DNA of 64,000 nucleotides from a virus. Position 1 is the stretch's first letter. The number at the start of each line of letters is the position of its first letter. Made by a program: the position numbers and the translations under genes. Positions 37,943 through 47,191 of this stretch are shown one piece after another. The notes under the pieces are model-generated. The model ran no database searches. It had not been told where the DNA came from and saw only the letters and a program-made list of their open reading frames with translations. Location of the stretch: positions 51,295 to 115,294 of the IMG/VR virus record IMGVR_UViG_3300013014_000020; one strand, written 5' to 3'.

Positions 37943-40405
37943 TTAATACATACCGTAAACAGCAACTTTATCACCTGTTCTAGGAGCAGAAATAAATGTT
38001 ACTGAAGTTGTTGTAATTGTATAATCACCAGCATCTTGTAATAAACCATTCAAGTAAACTGCTTGTGAACCTGTTCTAAGTTCGTTATTGAATGTGAATT
38101 CAGTAACAACACCATTAGCAGTTTCAACTACACCAGCATTTCTAAAATAGATATTAGCAAAATCATCAGCTAATGACAATTCAGCGCTTTCCGCTCTAAC
38201 TACCTCAGTTGACAAGTTAGCAACGATTTCAGTAAATGAATCAATTTCAGTTACGTCGATGTTAGATATCAAGTAAGAAACTTGAGTTGACAATTCTGTA
38301 GCAATTGAATCTTCAGCGTTTTCAGCTCTTACTATCTCAGAAGATAATGCAGTTTCCAATGATCTGTCAATAAATACTCTGGCAGACGTTTCAGTAAATA
38401 AATCATCCTCTAAACTTGCATCAGCATCTTGACGGTTGCTAATTTCTCTATCTATAGCAAATTCTCTAGTTGAAACTTCAGTAGATAAATCAGCTATGAT
38501 TGAATAATCCGCAACAACTCTTCTACTAACTTGAGTTGATAATTCAGTAGATAAACTCGTATCAGCATCTTGACGTGCGTTAGCTTCAGAAGATAAATCA
38601 GACTCTAAACTTGCATCAGCATATGCACGTGCGTCAGCTTCATTATTGATTTCTAAACCAATTGATGTAACCGCAGATAACAATGCGTTATCGTTCTCTA
38701 AATCAATTCCATTAACGAACTCAACGATTTCAGCAAATTGATCTAAATCAACTTCAGAACCATCAAGAATAGCATCAATACGTCCTTGTTCTACAGATAC
38801 TGCAGACGCTAAAGATTGGTCAGCTGCTAAACGAATAGACGCTTCATTATTGATTGCAGTTCCTCTGTTAGAAACTTCAGTAGATAAATTGTTAGTCAAT
38901 ACTAACTCAGCACTCATTGCTCTTGACTCTTCAGCATTAACGTCAGCGATTCTGTTAGAAACTTCAGTAGATAAATTGTTAGTCAATACTAACTCCGCAC
39001 TCATTGCACGAGACTCTTCAGTATCAACATCAGCGATTCTGTTAGAAACTTCAGTAGACAAATCACCTCTTAATACCGCTTCAGCACTAGTTGCACGTGA
39101 TTCCTCAGCATCAACATCAGCTATTCTGTTAGAGATTTCGGTAGACAAGTTAGCAGTAATAGACGCATCAGCAGAAACTCTATCAGATTCTTCGTTTCCT
39201 ATAGAGGTTTCCAATGAAGCATCAGCAGCAGCACGAGCATTCTCTTCAGTATTCACACGTTCTGACAATGAAGTATCAGCAGAATTCATAGTTGAAGTCA
39301 ATTCGGAAACTTCAGCAATTCTTTCTGAAATTTCAGTAGATAATGCAGCATCAACAGATGAATTAGCTATTGATAAGTCAGTTGAAATTTTACCTTCTAA
39401 ACTTGTGTCAGCATTTTCTCTGTTTAACGTTTCAGTTGATAAATCAGACGCTAATGAATTATCACCAGCAATTCTTGCAGATACTTCAGTAGATACAGCA
39501 ACTTCTCTGTTAGCAACTTCAGTTGATAAGTTAGCAGCAACAGAAGCGTCACCAGAAATACGAGCAACTTCTTCTAAAGATACTGCAGCAGTTCTATCAA
39601 CAACTTCAGTTGATAAGTCAGATGCCAAAGATTGGTCAGCAGCAAAACGAGTTGATGCTTCAGCAGATGTTGCGATAGATGCGTTAGTTGCAAGTTCAGT
39701 AATTGCACCATCTAATTCACCATCCATTGATTGGTAAGCAGCAACGATTTCAGTTAATGAATCTAAAGCCGCTGGATCTGTGTTTGAAATAACATAGTTA
39801 ACTTTAGCATTCAATGAAGTTTCAGCAGATTCTGCTCTTGCGATTTCAGAAGATAAATCAGTTTCTAATGAAAGATCAGCCGCGTTCATTGCATTTTCTA
39901 AACTCTCATCACCAACAACTCTTAAAGACGCTTCAGCATCAATGTTGTTTTGTAATGATTGTTCAGCTACCATTGCACGAGATTCTTCAGCATCAACATC
40001 AGCTTCTCTGTTAGCAACTTCAGTAGATAATGCAGTTGCAATTGAATTATCACCAGCAATTCTGTTAGACACTTCAGTAGATACTGCAGCTTCACGGTTT
40101 GTTACTTCTGTAGATAATTTAGTCGCGATTGAGTTATCACCAGCGATTCTGTTAGAAACTTCAGTAGATACTGCTGCTTCACGATTTGCAACTTCTGTAG
40201 ATAAGTTAGAAGTGATTGATTGGTCACCTAAAATACGATTAGATACTTCAGTTGACATTTCTAATGATACGTTAGTATCAATTGATGCAACTGTAGATGT
40301 CAAACCTGAGACATCCGTCATCACTAAACCTGTTGGTGTGGTGATGGTTGCGTTTGTAAGGATTAAGTCCGACTGTCTGTCTAAGACTATTCTAGTATTC
40401 GCCAT
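37943..40405 (-). CDS. Long coiled-coil fibre protein with LSTEVSNR repeats
   Basis: About 29-aa periodicity (87-bp offset duplications near 38870/38957); three LDS/QxxEIV knuckle motifs; C-terminal VYLNGLLQ..DY domain shared with the 40936 ORF. Confidence 0.75.
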   Translation of the reverse strand: MANTRIVLDRQSDLILTNATITTPTGLVMTDVSGLTSTVASIDTNVSLEMSTEVSNRILGDQSITSNLSTEVANREAAVSTEVSNRIAGDNSIATKLSTEVTNREAAVSTEVSNRIAGDNSIATALSTEVANREADVDAEESRAMVAEQSLQNNIDAEASLRVVGDESLENAMNAADLSLETDLSSEIARAESAETSLNAKVNYVISNTDPAALDSLTEIVAAYQSMDGELDGAITELATNASIATSAEASTRFAADQSLASDLSTEVVDRTAAVSLEEVARISGDASVAANLSTEVANREVAVSTEVSARIAGDNSLASDLSTETLNRENADTSLEGKISTDLSIANSSVDAALSTEISERIAEVSELTSTMNSADTSLSERVNTEENARAAADASLETSIGNEESDRVSADASITANLSTEISNRIADVDAEESRATSAEAVLRGDLSTEVSNRIADVDTEESRAMSAELVLTNNLSTEVSNRIADVNAEESRAMSAELVLTNNLSTEVSNRGTAINNEASIRLAADQSLASAVSVEQGRIDAILDGSEVDLDQFAEIVEFVNGIDLENDNALLSAVTSIGLEINNEADARAYADASLESDLSSEANARQDADTSLSTELSTQVSRRVVADYSIIADLSTEVSTREFAIDREISNRQDADASLEDDLFTETSARVFIDRSLETALSSEIVRAENAEDSIATELSTQVSYLISNIDVTEIDSFTEIVANLSTEVVRAESAELSLADDFANIYFRNAGVVETANGVVTEFTFNNELRTGSQAVYLNGLLQDAGDYTITTTSVTFISAPRTGDKVAVYGMY

Positions 40406-40636
40406 AAAATGGGTTTTAAAAAATTATTTATAAAAATGTGTTCTTTTACACCAAAAAACCTTAACACTAGGTTTTAAGTTTGTTGATAAATAGTATACCA
40501 GAATACCTCTTTAAGAAAAGTATTCTTTAATATAAATTTTTTTATGTGGATAAATATTAGATATTAATAATTGTTAGGAAGAACCCTAAACTTGTTTTCA
40601 TATAAATATATTAATAATTCTAAAAAGACTAAAAAA

Positions 40637-40873
40637 TTATAAATTATATAATAAATTTTTTAAATTCTTAATTGAATTGGTATATAAAAGTGGATCACAA
40701 GACCCTCTCTCATTTAAATAATCGTTAACATTTAACATTAAATCCTCTGTTTTATCAAAAACAAAGACCACTCGGTTTTTGCTTTTTTCAACCCTCATTT
40801 TAAAACTTTTTAACCTTAAAAAGGCAGATAAATATAAATCACTTGTTTTGTATTCTAATTCTTGCTCCATCAT
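40637..40873 (-). CDS. DUF5659-like small putative DNA-binding protein
   Basis: Y.TSDLYLSAFL...F.F...Y......K.LK pattern. Confidence 0.6.
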   Translation of the reverse strand: MMEQELEYKTSDLYLSAFLRLKSFKMRVEKSKNRVVFVFDKTEDLMLNVNDYLNERGSCDPLLYTNSIKNLKNLLYNL

Positions 40874-40935
40874 TTTTTATTTACTATTATAAATATGTTA
40901 ATATTTTAGGTTGTGCCAATTTTATAAAAATTTTT

Positions 40936-41721
40936 TTAATAAAATCTATATGAACAAGTAATTTTACTCCAAGAAGTTGGGGCAAGATTAAATGTTATAG
41001 TTTTTCCGTTTATGGTGTAATCATTATTTTCACCAGGATCTTGTAGAAGACCATTTAAATATACGTGATCGCTTCCAGGTTTTGGTAGTGTGCTAAGCTC
41101 AAAAACTTTATTTATTCCGTCAATACCCCCAATCGGATTTTCGTGGTCAATAAAGTTTATTTCACTATAAGTTCTGTAAGTACATAATAATTTACTACCT
41201 ATTTTTGGTGGTTCATTAAATGTTATTGTTTTTCCAACTATTAAATAATCTAATTGTTCACCTTTGTCTTGTAAAAGACCATTATAAAATAAATGTTCTG
41301 AATTTATTTCAGGTGTGAATCTTAATGAAAAAACTTTATTTACACTATCTATGTTTCCAGATATTAATTCTCTATCAATAAACGTGGACGCATTAACTCC
41401 CGGTATTAATAAATTGTCACGTAAATTATTTAAAACCTCTAATTGTGTTGATGATAAAAAAAAGATTTCTTCCCAATCCAAAATATCAAAAGACCAAAAA
41501 TTATTTTTGAGTTTAAAGTACTTTGATCCCCCATTTACACCAACAATCATTCCAGGCCTTCTTCTATCATAAGAAATAAGGTCTAAATCAGATTCTTGGT
41601 CAACATTTCTTAACCCATCTACTCCATACAAAGGATCGGTAACAGCATAGGTATCTAAAGTATCCATTGGCGAAATGAACCCCATAATACCAACACCACC
41701 AATCTTACTAAAATCGGACAT
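40936..41721 (-). CDS. Structural protein with two tandem GxIDGxNKxF...YLNGLLQ...DY.I.G.TITF domains
   Basis: Internal duplication visible in the translation. Confidence 0.65.
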   Translation of the reverse strand: MSDFSKIGGVGIMGFISPMDTLDTYAVTDPLYGVDGLRNVDQESDLDLISYDRRRPGMIVGVNGGSKYFKLKNNFWSFDILDWEEIFFLSSTQLEVLNNLRDNLLIPGVNASTFIDRELISGNIDSVNKVFSLRFTPEINSEHLFYNGLLQDKGEQLDYLIVGKTITFNEPPKIGSKLLCTYRTYSEINFIDHENPIGGIDGINKVFELSTLPKPGSDHVYLNGLLQDPGENNDYTINGKTITFNLAPTSWSKITCSYRFY

Positions 41722-41747
41722 CTACATCAAAAATATACATATATTAT

Positions 41748-43484
41748 TTATTCACATAACCATATATCTACCTCAGCATTTGTTGAGACATATGTTCTAT
41801 ATACTGAATAAATAGTTAAATATCCAAAATTGTCAATTAAAGAAACGTCTGGTTTAGAAATAATTGGAATAACAAATCCGTTACATCCTGAATTACTATT
41901 TCTAAATATTGATGGTTGTGGCATTGATTTAGGTATTAATATATAGATATAACCAATTCCATTTGAAACTGTTAAATTAAGATCTATTGATGTTGTTATA
42001 TCTAATTTTATTAATGTTGATACGTCATTAGTTGTTAAATTTGAGTTTTGTATTTTTCCATAATAAATCACAGGAGCTGGAGGAGGACTTGATGTTGGTG
42101 TTGGTGTGTTTGTTGGTGTAGGAGTATTTGTTGGTGTATTTGTTGGTGTATTTGTTGGTGTATTTGTTGGTGTTGTCGTAGGAGTTGGGGTATTAGTTGG
42201 GGTTGTCGTAGGAGTTGTTGTTGGAGTATTTGTTGGTGTATTTGTTGGTGTTGTCGTAGGAGTTGGGGTATTAGTTGGGGTTGTCGTAGGAGTTGTCGTA
42301 GGAGTTGTTGTTGGAGTAGGTGTATTTGTAGATGTTATTGTAGGTGTTGGAGTATTAGTTGTTGTTGGAGTTGGGGTATTAGTTGGGGTTGTTGTTGGAG
42401 TAGGTGTATTTGTAGATGTTATCGTAGGCGTTATTGTAGGCGTTATTGTAGGTGTTGGAGTATTAGTTGGGGTTGTTGTTGGTGTGTTTGTCGGAGTAGG
42501 GGTATTAGTTGTTGTAGGTGTAGGCGTAGAAGTATTTGTTGGAGTAGGTGTAGGGGTATCTGTAGAAGTTACCGTTGGTGTGCCTGTAGGCGTAGGAGTA
42601 TTTGTAGGAGTAGGTGTAGGCGGGATATTTGAAATTATATTAACTGCATACTCAACATCCAAATCCACATTTAACACGCGAGTATTTTCTAAACAATTTT
42701 GGTCTGATAACATATTAAAGTCATAATCTAAAATGACTTCTGTAAATCCACTTACCGATCCTAAAGGTATTGTAATTTGCTTGGTAACAACCATTCTTTC
42801 ACCATCTAAAGAAACTAATACACAATCATACTCAACAGTACTATCCACATCAAGAGGTATATTATATCTAACAAATGACTGTAATATAACCGAACCTGGA
42901 ACAATATATTGATCAATTAAAACTTGTAAAACTGTTGGGGATGGTGATGCAGTCGGCGTTTGTGTTGGGTTACATTCCGGAGTCTTTGTAGGTGTAGGAG
43001 TATTGGTTGGTGTTTGTGTCGGTGTCGGAGTCTGGGTAGGAGTATTAGACGGTGTAAAGTTTGGAGGCAAAGGCGTTACACACAAATTCCAAGTAGGAGT
43101 TGGTGTTGGCGTAGGTGTCGCTGTTGTTGTTGCTGTCGGAGTGTTTGTTGGTGTAGGAGTCTGTGTAGGTGTTGGCGTATTAGTAGGAGTCTGTGTTGGA
43201 GTTCTTGTAGGTGTTGGAGTTGGTGTTCTTGTAGGTGTATTTGTCGGTGTTGGTGTAGGAGTTGGTCTTGGTACGTTTAAAAAGTTTGTACAACTACCAC
43301 CATCTGTTGATATTGTGTATGTTCCGTAAATTTCTTGTTGTGGTGTTAATAAATCTGGCTGGAAAGTATATGGAAGTATAACAAAACCAATATTTATAGT
43401 GATATTACTATTATCTGGTTTGAATAGTATTTGGGCGCTTTCACCGCTAAAATTAACACTTTGTATTGTAATTATCTGACTCAT
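41748..43484 (-). CDS. Mucin-like Pro/Thr-repeat virion decoration protein
   Basis: Two TPTPT/TNTPT tracts separating three globular modules. The N-module resembles the 27998 N-terminus; the middle module resembles the sheath insertion. Confidence 0.8.
   Translation of the reverse strand: MSQIITIQSVNFSGESAQILFKPDNSNITINIGFVILPYTFQPDLLTPQQEIYGTYTISTDGGSCTNFLNVPRPTPTPTPTNTPTRTPTPTPTRTPTQTPTNTPTPTQTPTPTNTPTATTTATPTPTPTPTWNLCVTPLPPNFTPSNTPTQTPTPTQTPTNTPTPTKTPECNPTQTPTASPSPTVLQVLIDQYIVPGSVILQSFVRYNIPLDVDSTVEYDCVLVSLDGERMVVTKQITIPLGSVSGFTEVILDYDFNMLSDQNCLENTRVLNVDLDVEYAVNIISNIPPTPTPTNTPTPTGTPTVTSTDTPTPTPTNTSTPTPTTTNTPTPTNTPTTTPTNTPTPTITPTITPTITSTNTPTPTTTPTNTPTPTTTNTPTPTITSTNTPTPTTTPTTTPTTTPTNTPTPTTTPTNTPTNTPTTTPTTTPTNTPTPTTTPTNTPTNTPTNTPTNTPTPTNTPTPTSSPPPAPVIYYGKIQNSNLTTNDVSTLIKLDITTSIDLNLTVSNGIGYIYILIPKSMPQPSIFRNSNSGCNGFVIPIISKPDVSLIDNFGYLTIYSVYRTYVSTNAEVDIWLCE
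42075..43265 (-). repeat. Pro/Thr low-complexity coding repeats (two tracts, about 42075-42625 and 42950-43265)
   Basis: Codon-level repeats of ACA/ACT and CCA/CCT. Confidence 0.9.
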
Positions 43485-43515
43485 TGTATATTTTTATAAA
43501 TACAATCAAACAGAC

Positions 43516-43719
43516 TTATTTTTTAATTTTAATCATTTTATACCAAGCTCTTTCGTGTATAAAATAAATAAAAGGTTTAATTAATAGTTCACCCAAACCA
43601 ATTAAAGATGAAACCTCTATTGATGCACCAAGTAATAACGCGGTTCCAATTGTTGTTAATGTTGCAAAAAATCTATAAGTCAAAGTTTTTAATATGTGTC
43701 TTTTTAAATCAACCTGCAT
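43516..43719 (-). CDS. DUF2061-family small membrane protein
   Basis: RH..KT..YR...T and K...Y..HER.W motifs. Confidence 0.8.
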   Translation of the reverse strand: MQVDLKRHILKTLTYRFFATLTTIGTALLLGASIEVSSLIGLGELLIKPFIYFIHERAWYKMIKIKK

Positions 43720-43730
43720 ATTATATTAAA

Positions 43731-44549
43731 TCAAAAATAACCCAATTGATCATAGAACCATTGATGTTTTTGTTTTATCCAGTTACATGCTGGCACCCCA
43801 AGGACTTCTTTGTAATCTAATTTTAATGGTTCTATTTTTGATTTAATTGTGTGATCACCATAAATTCCATATACAGAATCATCTTCTTGTGTTATCTGTT
43901 CTACATTATTAAAATCGTGTTCGTAGTATGGTAGTTCTAAATAATTGTAGATTCTTTCCATTTCCTTTTTTGGGTTTGATGTAAAATCCTCAAACTTAAC
44001 AAACAAAACTTTTGTGTTAATACCTTCTTTAAACATTTGGTACAACCTCTCAATAGCAAGACCAACTGGTTGTGATTGAGCCCAAACATCAATTCTTTTT
44101 TCTGTTGTTGTTCCTTGCATTTGCGCGTGGTTTACAACACCAGAATCCATATGTTGACTTTTTCTAAAATTCTTTTCCATTGATGCAAAAATTCCACGTA
44201 AATCCCTTACCATACAAATAATTTTTGGTTCTGGATAAAAAGAATTTAAAAATCCGTAATGAATACCCCAACCTCTACTTTTATCTAAAACGTATGGTTT
44301 GTCTGTTACACCATTAAAAAAACCGGTAACACCTTGATTACAAAAGTTTAAAAACCCTTGTTTCATCAATTCCGAATCTTGTGCTTTAAATTCTGGTGAT
44401 GTAGTGTAATTTGCTCTTGCGGCATATACTAATTCTAAAACACCAGATGTTGGTGTTACATAAAAATCTGGATTTTGACCCATTACATTTTGAAGCAATG
44501 TTGACCCTGCTCTTGGTAATGAGCTTTGAAAAAATATTTTTTGTACCAT
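43731..44549 (-). CDS. Sulfotransferase family protein
   Basis: SLPRAGSTLL (5'-PSB loop), DKSR.W, MVRD...I..S (3'-PB), V.FEDF..NP. Confidence 0.88.
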   Translation of the reverse strand: MVQKIFFQSSLPRAGSTLLQNVMGQNPDFYVTPTSGVLELVYAARANYTTSPEFKAQDSELMKQGFLNFCNQGVTGFFNGVTDKPYVLDKSRGWGIHYGFLNSFYPEPKIICMVRDLRGIFASMEKNFRKSQHMDSGVVNHAQMQGTTTEKRIDVWAQSQPVGLAIERLYQMFKEGINTKVLFVKFEDFTSNPKKEMERIYNYLELPYYEHDFNNVEQITQEDDSVYGIYGDHTIKSKIEPLKLDYKEVLGVPACNWIKQKHQWFYDQLGYF

Positions 44550-44552
44550 AAA

Positions 44553-45437
44553 TTAATTTTTTAGTGATTCGATTATTTCGTTTACATTAAAGATGTTTGT
44601 ATCAAATAAAGGACATTCGTGTATTGTACCATTAAAGCTGTAATCAAATAAATAGCTATCTGGTAACTTAACGGTTGTTGGTAATTCAGCGATAATGTTT
44701 GTGTGTAATGGATAACCAAATACTTTTGGTGATGTTCCAATCCACAATATTGTTGACGGCAGACCCATAGCGGCGGCTGCATGTTGTAAACAAGAATCAA
44801 TTAATAATCTTTTTTGAGCATAAGCTAATAGTGAAAATAATTCCATATTAGACATTGATTCCGTATGAGCTTCTACGTTTTGTAAAATATTAGTTTGATC
44901 CCTACATATTTGGATTATGTGATAATATTGTGAAAAGTGATCAACAATTTTTTGTGCAACATCAAAAGGAATATCTCTTGTCCAAGAATATGGATAAGGT
45001 TGTTCTTGTAATGGACCACCGTTTGTTTGAATAACCATTACAGGTTTATCACGTTTCCATTTATTAAATGCAACTTGTTGTTGTCTTAAATTAAATGAAA
45101 GTGCTGGCATTTCACCATTATATTCTAAACCAAAAAGTTTACACCAATTCATAATTAACGGTAACTTTTTTTGAATGTGGTCTGTTGTAAAATAAGGTTC
45201 GTGTTTAAAAATTAAACTATCTTTATCTTTAATGTAATCATCATAGAAATATGGTGTCATACCAATTCTATATACTCTATCAACAAAATCTAAATTTAAA
45301 AATATTTCTGGATACGCACAAACAATAATTAATTCTCTATCTGGATGATTATTTTTTATACATTTTGCAACAGCAGTTGATAAAACGTGTTTTCCTAAAC
45401 CACCCTCAAGGTGAAAAATACTATATTTTTTTTCCAT
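44553..45437 (-). CDS. GT9 (heptosyltransferase-like) GT-B glycosyltransferase
   Basis: EGGLGK, IDSCLQHAAAA.G.P...LW..T.P..FGY. Confidence 0.75.
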   Translation of the reverse strand: MEKKYSIFHLEGGLGKHVLSTAVAKCIKNNHPDRELIIVCAYPEIFLNLDFVDRVYRIGMTPYFYDDYIKDKDSLIFKHEPYFTTDHIQKKLPLIMNWCKLFGLEYNGEMPALSFNLRQQQVAFNKWKRDKPVMVIQTNGGPLQEQPYPYSWTRDIPFDVAQKIVDHFSQYYHIIQICRDQTNILQNVEAHTESMSNMELFSLLAYAQKRLLIDSCLQHAAAAMGLPSTILWIGTSPKVFGYPLHTNIIAELPTTVKLPDSYLFDYSFNGTIHECPLFDTNIFNVNEIIESLKN

Positions 45438-45456
45438 ACTTTTATTATATAAATTT

Positions 45457-46371
45457 TTAATTATTTGTAAATGCGATTGTTTTATTTATTTCATCTATTA
45501 CCATATCCGGTGTTATTGATAAATGACATTCGTTTTCTCTATCTGTTCCCAAAAATATTGGGCATTTAGTTTTTATGTTTGGGAACATATTAAAACATCC
45601 ATTACAAACATATGGGTTTGTGACTCTAAAACAATCAAATTCATTTTGTCTTTTTGTGAAATTTGAAATCATAACCACCGGAACATCATAAGCCCAGGCA
45701 AGCCAAGAAAGTCCAGACGATAACCCAACAAAAAATCTTGAACTAACAATATGATTAATTGCAACATTTATATCATCGTGTCCGTGAAAATCTTTTACAT
45801 TTTGTAAATTCATTGTGTTTTCATAAGAAACATTATAAACATTATAACCACCATTATGTAATGAATTAACAACTTCTTGCCAACCACTGGTTCCACCATA
45901 ATTCCATTGTGAAATTTCCTTAATCGTTTCTGGACCGATTGTAACTTTATTTGGGTCTACTGTTCTTAATTTTGGAATTACCGGACACTTACCTGGTTTT
46001 GTGTCTTGTGGAAGTCTCATTGTATCTTTAGCAGCATAAAACATCCCGCCTAAAGTGTGTGCCATATTATTTTTATCATACCCAACATCAACTAGTTTAT
46101 CTATTTCTAAAAAACCACTTTCATTTGCATTTATAAATTCATAATCCGGTCTTTTTGATTTTAAAAGATGTGGAAAAAATGTGGTTATCCAAACGTATTT
46201 TGGTTTATGATAATCCATAAATGCATCGATTAATGATGAAAAACAAATTGTATCACCCAAACAGAATGAGTCAAAATGTAATAATAATTCTTTTCCTTCA
46301 AAGTTTTCTAAGTTAGGGTCTCTTTCTTTATAGTTCATCAACTCAGAATTGTCGTAATGTCTTTTAACCAT
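45457..46371 (-). CDS. TibC/AAH-like autotransporter strand-loop-strand O-heptosyltransferase (BAHT family)
   Basis: LGDT, W...GWQEVV..L...GY, FFVGLSSGLSWLAWA..VPVV.IS.FT...EF, CxxC...CP...EC..IT (four-Cys metal motif). Confidence 0.85.
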   Translation of the reverse strand: MVKRHYDNSELMNYKERDPNLENFEGKELLLHFDSFCLGDTICFSSLIDAFMDYHKPKYVWITTFFPHLLKSKRPDYEFINANESGFLEIDKLVDVGYDKNNMAHTLGGMFYAAKDTMRLPQDTKPGKCPVIPKLRTVDPNKVTIGPETIKEISQWNYGGTSGWQEVVNSLHNGGYNVYNVSYENTMNLQNVKDFHGHDDINVAINHIVSSRFFVGLSSGLSWLAWAYDVPVVMISNFTKRQNEFDCFRVTNPYVCNGCFNMFPNIKTKCPIFLGTDRENECHLSITPDMVIDEINKTIAFTNN

Positions 46372-47107
46372 TTTTATATTTTAAAAGTTTAGAGTAATAT
46401 TCAAACCAATATCTTTCTTGCCAAATTGTTCCTTCTTCCAAATAAACTAATGGTTTTTTTTGCCAAGGTTTTTTTACAATGTAGTGTAAAATCTTAATAT
46501 GTTTTGGGAGTCCTGTGTTTTGAAATATTTCTTTTGAATATGTTTTTAAATAATTGTACGATACTGGTATTTCAGTTATATCATCGTAAAAATAATTATT
46601 TATGATGTCCTGGTCAAGATGTTCTGTAATACCATAGATTGTTGTAAGATGTATTAAATCATTTGTAATTTTTTCTGATAAGTACTTTTTTGAGATTACT
46701 AATACACCAGTGTTATATTGATCAATGTATAAGTCTCTAACACCACCGATATCACCATCAAAGTCAATTAGATAATCAATGTTTCCTAAAATAACAACAT
46801 CGGAATCTAAAAATATAATTTTGTTAAATTCAATTAATGAAAAAATTTCGTATTTGGTGTAATCACCAAAAGACATTTGTTTTTCTTTTAGTTTTTCTAT
46901 TTCAGAATATTTTTCGGTGTCAAATCTTTTTATGTGTATATTGTTATAAATTTTTCTTGATGTGACTAAATCTTCTGGTGTTAAATCATTTGTTATGATT
47001 ACAAATGGTAAACTTTCACTAACAACTCTTGGGTTGTTATCAATTAACGATTTTAACATTACCTCAAATCCTATGAGATAATCTTTATTACATACTGTTA
47101 CAAACAT
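46364..47107 (-). CDS. GT8 (glycogenin-like) glycosyltransferase
   Basis: FLDSD, NTGVL, DQD.IN, YN, HY..KKPW. Confidence 0.85.
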   Translation of the reverse strand: MFVTVCNKDYLIGFEVMLKSLIDNNPRVVSESLPFVIITNDLTPEDLVTSRKIYNNIHIKRFDTEKYSEIEKLKEKQMSFGDYTKYEIFSLIEFNKIIFLDSDVVILGNIDYLIDFDGDIGGVRDLYIDQYNTGVLVISKKYLSEKITNDLIHLTTIYGITEHLDQDIINNYFYDDITEIPVSYNYLKTYSKEIFQNTGLPKHIKILHYIVKKPWQKKPLVYLEEGTIWQERYWFEYYSKLLKYKNG

Positions 47108-47142
47108 ACTGGAAATATAAATGAAACCTCATAAAAATAAAG

Positions 47143-47169
47143 AACCCCAACTGTTTTAAAATTGGGGTT
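47143..47169. terminator. Putative terminator hairpin
   Basis: AACCCCAA...TTGGGGTT. Confidence 0.5.
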
Positions 47170-47191
47170 ATTAAAATTTTATAATTTGCTA

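Noticed and set aside
38850-40433. Long plus-strand ORFs 38850..39737 and 39942..40433
   Set aside because: Antisense shadows of the repetitive coiled-coil gene.
42106-43329. Plus-strand Val/Gly-rich and Cys/Arg-rich ORFs (42106..42726, 42960..43280, 43003..43329)
   Set aside because: Antisense shadows of the Pro/Thr repeats.
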